DNA of 8,331 nucleotides from a plasmid: sequence record NZ_CP040631.1; one strand, 5' to 3'. Shown piece by piece: positions 1 to 6,877 of this stretch (position 1 is its first letter; each line of letters starts with the position of its first letter). The notes under the pieces were generated by a model. It saw only the letters and a program-made list of their open reading frames with translations, ran no database searches and was not told where the DNA came from. The position numbers and the translations under genes were made by a program.

Positions 1-981
1 ATGGCAATAGTAAACAAAGACCTTATCCAAAGTTATATTATGACTACTGCAAAATATGACTTTAACGTGTACGAAAAGCGTATCATTTATCGTCTTGTAG
101 AAATGGCTCAAGGAGAGCTGCAAGGTATAAAGTTCGCTGATAACTGTCAGAAGATAGAGCATGATCTTTTCAGTTGCGTAAATATAACCATGCCTATTGC
201 CTGCCTGCTTAATGGAGAGGACGACAAAAATTATGCAAGAGTAAAAGAAGCCCTACAGTCGCTTCAGCGAAAGATCTTTGAGTATGAAGATGATGAAATC
301 TGGCAAAGTATATCTATCATAGCCTTGCCTTATATACGAAAACGTTCTTCAGTCTTGTCCTTTCAGGTGCACCCACGTGTATGGGACTGCATACTTGATT
401 TCTCCAAAGGCTTCAGAAAATACGAATTGAAAGCTGCCATGAGCTTTAAGAGCCAGTTTTCAATGCGCTTTTATGAGTTGCTGAGCAACCAGAAAACTCC
501 TCTGATATACTCTATAGAACAGCTAAAGGAAATGTTTTGTGTGGCAGATAAGTATGAGCGAATAAATGATTTCATGCGCAAAGTAGTAGAAGCTGCAAAA
601 AAAGAGCTTGATGAAGTCAGCCCTTATACCTTTGAGTACACACCGCTCAAAACAGGACGAAAGATAACGGCCATAAAGTTTTATCCGGTATATCAACCAG
701 AACATCGTGATAGCGATCTGGAAAAACACGACCTTCAAAAACAGACAGCTTTAAGCTGGTCTTTGGCTCCTGAAGTAAGAAGCTATCTTAAAAACTCGAT
801 TGAATTTTCAGATAAAGAGATTAAGAACAACCTGGATTTGTTTATATCAGCACAAACCTTACTCCCGGATTTACTTAACGAGCTTGCCATCCTAAAAGGG
901 AAATCAAGGGAAAAGAAGAACCCCAAAGGTTATATAATCAATGCCATCAAGGGAAAAATTAAAGATAGAAAGAAACTTTGA
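1..981 (+). CDS. repA: Plasmid replication initiator protein (iteron-binding Rep, Rep_3-like)
   Basis: 326-aa ORF. The N-terminal pattern (YDFNVYEKRIIYRLVE...) resembles theta-replicon initiators. Phased iterons and an AT-rich region lie directly upstream if the window is circular (8185-8331). Its position relative to the mob genes is typical of small Bacteroides plasmids. Confidence 0.7.
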   Translation: MAIVNKDLIQSYIMTTAKYDFNVYEKRIIYRLVEMAQGELQGIKFADNCQKIEHDLFSCVNITMPIACLLNGEDDKNYARVKEALQSLQRKIFEYEDDEIWQSISIIALPYIRKRSSVLSFQVHPRVWDCILDFSKGFRKYELKAAMSFKSQFSMRFYELLSNQKTPLIYSIEQLKEMFCVADKYERINDFMRKVVEAAKKELDEVSPYTFEYTPLKTGRKITAIKFYPVYQPEHRDSDLEKHDLQKQTALSWSLAPEVRSYLKNSIEFSDKEIKNNLDLFISAQTLLPDLLNELAILKGKSREKKNPKGYIINAIKGKIKDRKKL

Positions 982-1009
982 ATCTGTAACAAAATCAAAA
1001 AGCAACGAT

Positions 1010-1210
1010 ATGAAAGAAGGAGATTTGATTTTGGTATCTGCTGAAGCCACAGGCTTAGGCAAGCCAATGGAAGCCGTTATAGACAAGATTGAAACATTCA
1101 TGGGACAAACCCTTGTAACGGTCACTTACACGCAACCTGATGCCTTATCCGGCTTCGGAGGGTGCTTTGTGGATTCTCATATCACTTTAAGCGAAGAAAA
1201 GGCCAAGTAA
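1010..1210 (+). CDS. Hypothetical small protein, 66 aa from the ATG at 1010 (the ORF-track start at 941 overlaps the repA 3' end)
   Basis: ORF 941..1210 in the track. The internal ATG at 1010 (MKEGDLILVSAEATGLGKPMEAV...) lies just after the repA stop. A hairpin (1211-1227) follows the stop. I recognise no family. Confidence 0.35.
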   Translation: MKEGDLILVSAEATGLGKPMEAVIDKIETFMGQTLVTVTYTQPDALSGFGGCFVDSHITLSEEKAK

Positions 1211-1245
1211 CCTGAATATATTTCAGGAATATTCAGTATATTTAC

Positions 1246-1303
1246 AGCATATTCAATTAAAAAGAAGTATAAAATCAGCATATCAAGCATATTATAAGCA
1301 TAT
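1246..1303. promoter_or_regulatory. Cluster of four AGCATAT direct repeats (1246, 1277, 1286, 1297) upstream of the RHH gene; candidate operator
   Basis: The repeats were read directly from the sequence. RHH proteins typically bind short direct or inverted repeats in their own promoters (established knowledge). The assignment here is inference. Confidence 0.3.
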
Positions 1304-1323
1304 TTATATCAATCGGTTAAGGT

Positions 1324-1866
1324 ATGACAGATAAAGTAACCATACAACCCAAAAGTAAGCCGGAAAAGACTACAATCTCAATAAGCGGAGAAACATCTGA
1401 ACGGCTGGAGATATACTGCCGGGCAAACGGCATATTACGGAAAGAGTTCGTTTCTCTCGCCCTGGAATACTTTGAACGCACAGGTTTCGACCTGAAGAGT
1501 AACGCACTTGATTACTCCCCCTTGGAAAAGATCATCGGAGAATTGAATGAAGTAAAAGCGACCATGCAGACAAGCAATGAAGGAACAGAAGCGATTCGCC
1601 AACTACTACAGGCAGTCCGGGAACAGACCGCAAAACAGCTTCCTGCTCCAGAACTTATCGCAAAGGCAGCAGAAGAAAAGGTACGTGCTGAAATGAAGTC
1701 TGAAGAACAGGTTAAAGAGCTCCAGGTTCTTCAGGAAGAAAACGACCGATTGCGTAACGAAATCAAAGCCCTTCAGGAGTATAAGGAAAAGGCTCACCGA
1801 GAACTTTGCCGGGTACGTGATGAACAGAAAACTTTCGGGAAAATAAAAGTAAATACAGAGTTATAA
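1324..1866 (+). CDS. RHH, MobA-like DNA-binding protein with a C-terminal coiled coil (paralogue of the mobA at 6259-6861)
   Basis: The N-terminus KTTISISGETSERLEIYCRANGILRKEFVSLALEYFERTGFDL aligns with the N-terminus of the 200-aa protein at 6861-6259 (KTTVAVERTTFTKLDRLAKANNVSKMEFLTHAINYFEKYGINP). The C-terminal half is a heptad-like coiled coil (LQVLQEENDRLRNEIKALQEYKEKAHREL). Confidence 0.65.
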   Translation: MTDKVTIQPKSKPEKTTISISGETSERLEIYCRANGILRKEFVSLALEYFERTGFDLKSNALDYSPLEKIIGELNEVKATMQTSNEGTEAIRQLLQAVREQTAKQLPAPELIAKAAEEKVRAEMKSEEQVKELQVLQEENDRLRNEIKALQEYKEKAHRELCRVRDEQKTFGKIKVNTEL

Positions 1867-1876
1867 AATATCAATT

Positions 1877-2407
1877 ATGAAAAAGAACGAATTTAGAAAG
1901 GAATTGGTACTGATTTTAGTACTATTATGCACAACTATCGCATATGCACAAAAGAATGATTCGTCATTTATGGTTGCTCCTGCTGATAGCACAAAGGACA
2001 TAAGCCTAACTCAAAGAGTTGATTCTCTTGAGCATGAATTATCATATATAAAATTATCGTATGAATTATATACACTTAACAACGATTTGTCTATATTTAA
2101 TAACGATATAGGTGTCAGAACTAATGCAATACAAATAAATATCTATACACACAATTTTGATTATAAATTATACAAAGCATACAAAGACAATTACGAAGCA
2201 ACCAAAGACAAACTACTATCATATCAAGATTTAATTGAAACAAAGAAAACTTATTTCTGGCTTAAAATTATTACATATCCTTATACTGAGGTTGAGAAGA
2301 AACTGCTATTGTCAAGTTATATGACAATTGATAAAGGATATTCCCAATTAGAGTCTTCATTAAAGCTCATGAAAATATGTCTTGATATGTACAAAGATTC
2401 TTTATAG
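1877..2407 (+). CDS. Secreted hypothetical protein, Tyr/Lys/Asn-rich, very low GC
   Basis: 176-aa ORF with an N-terminal signal peptide (MKKNEFRKELVLILVLLCTTIAYA|QK). The composition is much more AT-rich than the flanking rep/mob genes. It lies between the RHH gene and the recombination scar. Confidence 0.6.
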   Translation: MKKNEFRKELVLILVLLCTTIAYAQKNDSSFMVAPADSTKDISLTQRVDSLEHELSYIKLSYELYTLNNDLSIFNNDIGVRTNAIQINIYTHNFDYKLYKAYKDNYEATKDKLLSYQDLIETKKTYFWLKIITYPYTEVEKKLLLSSYMTIDKGYSQLESSLKLMKICLDMYKDSL

Positions 2408-2440
2408 AGTTATTCTTATTGACACAAAGAACCATACTCT

Positions 2441-2607
2441 CAGCTATAAAATTACATACCCATTCCAAAACCCCGGCTTCTTTCCCTGGGCTGGTCGAGT
2501 TCTTCCTCCTGTTGCTTCTTCCGCTGCGGTGCCTGATTGATTTCCGGAACTTGGGATATACTGTTTCCCTGTTGTTGGCTCTCTTCACGGCCTTGTTCCT
2601 GGTGCGG
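2441..2607. repeat. Direct repeat copy A (~165 bp) of the relaxase 3' end
   Basis: Aligns with 5365-5529 with about 7 mismatches. The homology starts exactly at the relaxase stop codon and ends abruptly at 2607, where the RHH-gene homology begins. Confidence 0.8.
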
Positions 2608-2610
2608 TGG
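2446..2610 (-). pseudogene. 3'-terminal remnant of a second, diverged relaxase gene (last ~55 codons, ...HQEQGREESQQQGNSISQVPEINQAPQRK..RGFGMGM*)
   Basis: The region 2441-2607 is about 95% identical to 5365-5529, the 3' end of the intact relaxase. Translating the - strand reproduces the relaxase C-terminus, ending RGFGMGM then stop. An in-frame stop lies upstream at 2622-2624. Confidence 0.6.
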
Positions 2611-2831
2611 CTCCGGAACTTATAGTCCAAGCAACAGAAGCAAAGGCGAAGGCAGAAAGTCTGGCTACAGAACGTGCCAAAGACCTTCAGCTCCTTCAGG
2701 AAGAGAACAACCGATTACGTAACGAAATCAAAATTCTTCAGGAATATAAGGAAAAAGCACACCGGGAACTTTGCCGGGTGCGTGACGAACAGAAAACGAT
2801 AGGGAAAATAAAAGTAAATACAGAACTGTAA
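2608..2831 (+). pseudogene. 3'-terminal fragment of a diverged copy of the RHH/coiled-coil gene (GTG-initiated ORF in the track)
   Basis: The translation APELIVQATEAKAKAESLATERAKDLQLLQEENNRLRNEIKILQEYKEKAHRELCRVRDEQKTIGKIKVNTEL matches the C-terminal ~74 aa of the 1324-1866 product. Nucleotide identity to 1645-1866 is roughly 85-90%. There is no N-terminal domain and no upstream promoter. Confidence 0.55.
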
Positions 2832-3078
2832 CAGCCAGTCGGGTAGAAAATAGGTAGAAAAACGGCATGGTAAACGATTGGAACTTTGGCTCTTTTTTAT
2901 AACTTTGTGGCTAACTATGGAGTACATTCCCATAGGACATATGTTAATAAATAAATAAATTCTATTAGGGCAAGTCTTTTTCCTCTTTCCCTCAGTCGGT
3001 GAGGACTGATAACCCCTTTTAGCTTTTATTTTATTGTTGTATTAGTATTTCAGTCTGTGAAGATATGAGGAAATACAT

Positions 3079-3103
3079 GGGGGCAAGAGTGCCCCTTTTT
3101 TTT
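3079..3103 (+). terminator. Rho-independent terminator-like hairpin (GGGGC-aagagt-GCCCC) followed by T8
   Basis: A GC stem plus a run of eight T on the + strand. No intact gene lies upstream, so it is probably an orphan from deleted sequence. Confidence 0.4.
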
Positions 3104-3350
3104 GGCAAATAAAAATGGCGACCGAAACCAGCCGCCATGTCCCATGCATTTCCGCAATGGGCTTGCCAGAGCCTACGCTTGAGTTCTACAAATATAAGCA
3201 ATTCCGTTTTCTTCTGCAATTATAACGGCACAATACCGGGACAGTTTTGAGCAACTGGCTCCTGTAACTTTTTCCGGATATCTGCAAATTTGTTTTGTGA
3301 ACGGCAAAAATTCTTTGTGAACAGCACTAAGTCCATACTCTCAGAATAAA

Positions 3351-3366
3351 GAAGTGATTTAAACTT
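3351..3366. repeat. IS terminal inverted repeat (left in window)
   Basis: Exact reverse complement of 4285-4300. Confidence 0.8.
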
Positions 3367-4216
3367 TTTGTTTTCGTGAAATTTTCTTCAATAACAAGAC
3401 TGCAAATGCCAAGTAATTCCAAGACATCCAACTTGAAACAGTTGTATCGAACCGGTTCAGTAGCGTCCTGAAACTGTCCATCCAAGCGTTGGTTCGTTCG
3501 ATGGAATACCTTTCAGCATATAGTTCATCATCAACAAAGATGTCATCGGCATTTTCTCTCCGTTTATTGATGCAGATGTTTGCGATGATCTCTTTTTCAC
3601 CCAGGAAACCACGTAAGACATCACAATCGAATCCGGCATCGGCATTGAGGAAAAGACCATCAACCCGGATATGGGATTTCTCAAGGTCGTTGAACATGTC
3701 ACCGATGACCTTTTCTATGTCATGTACGTCATGGTGTTCGCCAGATTTCGGAGAAGACATGGCAATCGGAAGTCCTTGCCTGTCTGTCAGGTAGAGTGCG
3801 TTGGTCGTCTTCCGTTTCTTCCGTCCCTGGTATCCGACTTCTTCACCGCCACGGAGTGCAGCCGTGTGGCTCCCGTCCAAATCCACGCTGGACATGTCCA
3901 ACTTATGGCGGTGTTTGTCAAGCAACCTGACCCACATGGATTTCCACTCGCCCGACTTGCTCCATTTGTTGTAATGATGATACACGGCACCATAGCTCAG
4001 TACCTTGCCGCTAAACAGGGCTTCCACAGGAAGGAACGCCCATTGACAACCGGTCTTCAACTTGTACAAGATGGCGTTTACCACCTCTATGAGACAACTT
4101 TGAGTGGCATAACCACGTTTTGCCTTGGAAAGATGAGGCAATATTTCATTTTTTATCGTATCTTTGTCGAGCATAGTGTACATTGGACTTTCACTATATA
4201 TGAGTTTGGTCACCAT
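3359..4216 (-). CDS. IS5-family DDE transposase (DUF4096-type N-terminus)
   Basis: 285 aa. The N-terminal motif ...NAILYKLKTGCQWAFLP is characteristic of IS5/IS4-family transposases. The C-terminus ERTNAWMDSFRTLLNRFD is typical of the IS5 family. The stop codon lies inside the left IR. Confidence 0.85.
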   Translation of the reverse strand: MVTKLIYSESPMYTMLDKDTIKNEILPHLSKAKRGYATQSCLIEVVNAILYKLKTGCQWAFLPVEALFSGKVLSYGAVYHHYNKWSKSGEWKSMWVRLLDKHRHKLDMSSVDLDGSHTAALRGGEEVGYQGRKKRKTTNALYLTDRQGLPIAMSSPKSGEHHDVHDIEKVIGDMFNDLEKSHIRVDGLFLNADAGFDCDVLRGFLGEKEIIANICINKRRENADDIFVDDELYAERYSIERTNAWMDSFRTLLNRFDTTVSSWMSWNYLAFAVLLLKKISRKQKV

Positions 4217-4256
4217 AATATAGGGAACAATTCAATTTGTACGCTGTGCTTTAACA

Positions 4257-4291
4257 TTTTGATACGATTTTAAGAGAATGAAATAAGTTTA
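4257..4291 (+). promoter_or_regulatory. Candidate outward-reading Bacteroides-type promoter in the IS end: -33 TTTG (4257-4260) and -7 TAAGTTTA (4284-4291)
   Basis: Matches the Bacteroides sigma-A consensus TTTG-N19-23-TAnnTTTG with one mismatch in the -7 box and a 23-nt spacer. It lies 36 bp upstream of the nim ATG. Published nim genes are driven by IS-borne promoters (established knowledge). Confidence 0.45.
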
Positions 4292-4300
4292 AATCACTTC
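4285..4300. repeat. IS terminal inverted repeat (right in window, adjacent to nim)
   Basis: Exact reverse complement of 3351-3366. Confidence 0.8.
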
Positions 4301-4326
4301 ATTGTTTAATACTAAAGATCAGTAAT

Positions 4327-4839
4327 ATGTTCAGAGAAATGCGTCGTAAACGACAGTTGTTGCCACAAGAAGAGAGCGTGGCAATTCTTGAAAAAATGAC
4401 AAACGGGACTTTAGCTCTCCACGGAGATAATGGCTATCCTTATGCCGTTCCTCTCAGTTATTTTTATGCTGATGGCAAAATCTATTTTCATTGCGCCAAG
4501 ATAGGGCATAAGGTGGACGCTATTATGCAAAACAATAAAGTATCGTTTTGCGTTGTGGAACAAGACAATATTAAACCTGCCGAATTCACGACCTACTTTC
4601 GAAGTGTGATAGTCTTTGGAAAGGCCTATATTTTAACCGACGAAACAGAAAAACGTATGGCTATGACTTTGCTGGTGAATAAATATTCTTTCGGTGAGCC
4701 AGGTTTGTCTGATGAAATAGCCAAAAGCATCAACCATCTACTGATGGTAAAGATCGATATCGAACACATGACGGGCAAGGAGGCCATCGATTTGGTTAGA
4801 GAGAAAGAAAAGTTTTGTACTTCAGAGAAAACCTCTTGA
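4327..4839 (+). CDS. nim: Nim-family 5-nitroimidazole reductase (metronidazole resistance), split-barrel fold
   Basis: 170 aa beginning MFREMRRKRQ, the N-terminus shared by NimA-E. The motifs GYPYAVPLSY, KVSFCV and TTYFRSVIVFG are as in Nim proteins. It sits immediately downstream of an IS element, the classic nim arrangement. Confidence 0.9.
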   Translation: MFREMRRKRQLLPQEESVAILEKMTNGTLALHGDNGYPYAVPLSYFYADGKIYFHCAKIGHKVDAIMQNNKVSFCVVEQDNIKPAEFTTYFRSVIVFGKAYILTDETEKRMAMTLLVNKYSFGEPGLSDEIAKSINHLLMVKIDIEHMTGKEAIDLVREKEKFCTSEKTS

Positions 4840-4960
4840 AAAAACGATTTAGATGAGTACGTCGAGAGATTTAAGGAAAAGAGTATTTTTCTGTACTCAC
4901 TAACCCTGCGGGTAACCGCATAAGACTTTATACCGACTAATATGTACCGATAAAAATATG

Positions 4961-4993
4961 GCTGCAAGTTATTTCATTTGCAGCTATATTTTT
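4961..4993 (+). terminator. Hairpin GCTGCAA-(10 nt)-TTGCAGC followed by TATATTTTT
   Basis: A 7-bp stem and a T-rich tail, 120 bp downstream of the nim stop. Confidence 0.4.
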
Positions 4994-5037
4994 GCTCGTA
5001 ATCAATAAGAAACGACAAAAAGCATTACCTTTGTAAA

Positions 5038-5364
5038 ATGATTCAAGAGGGCTTCAAATTTTACAAGTCTTGCAAGGAGTTACAACCTTACGTCAGGTAT
5101 TATTGGGTATTCAAAAGCAATCAACCGCTGAATACCCTTACTTTTCCGATTGGCTGTCCTCAAATCATTTTCCACAAACAAACACCGCTTTACATCCCAG
5201 AATTGAAAACTGCTCAATCAGAATTTACTATTAGTGGTCAGGTAAATTATCCTTCCCATTTATATGCGAATGGTAATGTAGAAATGATTGTAGTTGTATT
5301 CCAGCCATATACCCTAAAAGCATTCTTGAACTTGCCCATATCTTTATTGCACAATCAGAAAATC
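5038..5364 (+). pseudogene. N-terminal fragment (~109 aa) of an AraC-family regulator (DUF6597-like N-domain); the HTH domain is lost
   Basis: MIQEGFKFYKSCKELQPYVRYYWVFKS... resembles the N-termini of Bacteroidetes AraC-type regulators. The open frame past 5364 runs through antisense sequence of the relaxase 3' end and reaches a stop at 5451. There is no C-terminal HTH. Confidence 0.45.
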
Positions 5365-6262
5365 ACATACCCATTCCAAAACCCCGGCTTCTTTTCCTGG
5401 GCTGGTCGATTTCTTCCTCCTGTTGTTTCTTTCTCTGCGGTGCCTGGTTGATATCCGGAACTTGGGATATACTGTTTCCCTGTTGTTGGCTCTCTTCACG
5501 GCCTTGTTCCTGGTGCAGTTCCTGAAGATCCCGGCTCCATTCGGCCTTCATCTTCTCAAGCCGTTCATGGTTCACACGTTCCGCCCATTCCTTTTTCTGG
5601 AAGATTTCTTTCGGGCTTCCGTTCTTCATGGTATTGAGATAGTCGAATGTCTGTTCCGGAGCCCGGTCATACCCTGTGCGCTTATCAAATGAGGTTTCAC
5701 ACTTTCGGAAAAAATCTGTTCTGTCAAAACCGCCCTTCACGTTTCCGCAGTTCTTCTTCCCGGTGTGGTTGGTCTTTGGGCTTAGCTTCCTGGTGTTGCT
5801 CCTGTCCTTCCGGCTGACAATGATATGTGCGTGCATGTCGTACCGGTCGGCTCCCTTCCTCTCGAAATGGATTTTTCCGTAATACTCGATATCCTCTTTG
5901 TTCAGACCTTTTCCGAACCCTTCCGCATAGTGCTGCATCACATCATCACGGACATACTTTCTCATGGCTTCAGCCTGTTCCTTCTCTGTCTTGCCCATTT
6001 TCTCCAGCTCCCGGCTGGAAGGGCTTACCGTGATCACATAGAACTTCGCATCGTTCCGGCTTAATTTTGCCTTGTTGTTGTCTATTTTGAAGGTTACTTC
6101 CTGTGCGCTTATGTAGTCACGTGAGTTATTGAAAAACGGCTGCACTTCCTGGCCGTTCTTCATGCGCTCCAGATCCTCATGCTGGAGGTAGGTCGTTACT
6201 CCTGTGCAGCTCCCTGTATTGGCATAGGTTCCGGAACCGCCACCCTGAATCTTTATGTTCAT
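5363..6262 (-). CDS. mobB: Mobilization relaxase (MobB-type relaxase/nuclease domain)
   Basis: 299 aa with the His-triad motif YDMHAHIIVSRKD. The start codon overlaps the upstream mobA stop (ATGA). The N-terminus MNIKIQGGGSGTY is typical of Bacteroides Mob relaxases. Confidence 0.85.
   Translation of the reverse strand: MNIKIQGGGSGTYANTGSCTGVTTYLQHEDLERMKNGQEVQPFFNNSRDYISAQEVTFKIDNNKAKLSRNDAKFYVITVSPSSRELEKMGKTEKEQAEAMRKYVRDDVMQHYAEGFGKGLNKEDIEYYGKIHFERKGADRYDMHAHIIVSRKDRSNTRKLSPKTNHTGKKNCGNVKGGFDRTDFFRKCETSFDKRTGYDRAPEQTFDYLNTMKNGSPKEIFQKKEWAERVNHERLEKMKAEWSRDLQELHQEQGREESQQQGNSISQVPDINQAPQRKKQQEEEIDQPRKRSRGFGMGM
5365..5529. repeat. Direct repeat copy B (inside the intact relaxase 3' end)
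   Basis: Same alignment as copy A. Confidence 0.8.
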
Positions 6263-6861
6263 AGTCCCCTCCTTTCCTTTTCCCTCTCATAGACCTTGTT
6301 TATATCATCGAGCAGCCCGGTCTTTCCTTTTGCATCGAGGAAGGAAACAATATGCTTATAGGCTTTAATCTGTGCCGTTTCGCTGGCTTCTATCCGCTTG
6401 AAGATAATATCCTGGTTCTTCCTGATAGTTGAATCGGAATCCCGCACCGCCCTTTCTGTCCGGCCTATGGCCTTGCCGTTGTTGTCGGAACTGTTGATAA
6501 TCTCGGCAAGCAGTTCCTTGTTCTCCTTCAGGAACCGCCTGAACTTTTCTTCCGAAAGTAAGGATGAAAGGCTTATGGTTATCTGTGTGCTGGCTCCGGC
6601 CAGAGCTTCACAAGCCGGACGCACAAGATCCGTTTCCTGTTTCTTCAGGAATGCGAACACCTGATCCATGCGCTTGATAAGTTTCTGCATTTCCTGTGCT
6701 GGGCTTTCATGCTCGACCGGGTTTATACCGTACTTCTCAAAGTAGTTTATAGCATGTGTAAGGAACTCCATTTTTGACACATTGTTTGCCTTGGCCAGAC
6801 GGTCAAGTTTAGTAAAAGTAGTACGTTCTACTGCTACCGTTGTTTTGCTGTCTTTTTCCAT
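6259..6861 (-). CDS. mobA: Mobilization accessory protein, RHH type, relaxosome component
   Basis: 200 aa with an RHH-like N-terminus. It is translationally coupled to the relaxase, and a palindromic AT-rich region lies immediately upstream. Confidence 0.75.
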   Translation of the reverse strand: MEKDSKTTVAVERTTFTKLDRLAKANNVSKMEFLTHAINYFEKYGINPVEHESPAQEMQKLIKRMDQVFAFLKKQETDLVRPACEALAGASTQITISLSSLLSEEKFRRFLKENKELLAEIINSSDNNGKAIGRTERAVRDSDSTIRKNQDIIFKRIEASETAQIKAYKHIVSFLDAKGKTGLLDDINKVYEREKERRGL

Positions 6862-6877
6862 GATATTATAAGGCTTA

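Larger units (their letters stand above)
3349..4302 (-). mobile_element. IS5-family insertion sequence, about 950 bp
   Basis: A single DDE transposase ORF is flanked by perfect 16-bp terminal inverted repeats GAAGTGATTTAAACTT (3351-3366) and AAGTTTAAATCACTTC (4285-4300). Allowing one mismatch extends them to about 19 bp. No clear target-site duplication is present. Confidence 0.75.

Noticed and set aside
2433..2444. 12-mer CCATACTCTCAG occurring both next to the relaxase-remnant boundary (2433-2444) and next to the IS left end (3333-3344)
   Set aside because: It is tempting as a shared junction sequence. However, roughly two chance 12-mer repeats are expected in an 8.3-kb sequence, and the flanks diverge immediately, so it is not significant on its own.
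2367..2722. ORFs 2367..2630(-), 2419..2625(+) and 2537..2722(+) in the scar region
   Set aside because: They are in the wrong frames relative to the relaxase and RHH remnants that the nucleotide homology clearly identifies. They are fortuitous open frames in degraded sequence.
3457..4273. ORFs 3457..3702(-), 3489..3794(+), 3671..4273(+, 200 aa) and 3787..3993(-) inside the IS
   Set aside because: All are antisense to, or frame-shifted within, the well-supported transposase gene. Their products are low-complexity and match no family I recognise.
4626..4967. 113-aa minus-strand ORF opposite nim
   Set aside because: Antisense to a gene with very strong protein-level support, and it has no promoter context.
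4977..4994. TATTTTTG -7-like box just upstream of the AraC-fragment ORF
   Set aside because: The only TTTG upstream lies 6 nt away instead of about 19-21. The sequence is better explained as the T-tail of the 4961-4984 hairpin.
5423..6064. Plus-strand ORFs 5423..5692, 5676..5882, 5825..6064, 5827..6033 and 6398..6664
   Set aside because: They are antisense shadows of the mobB and mobA genes. The products are Leu/Phe/Ser-rich and have no family features.
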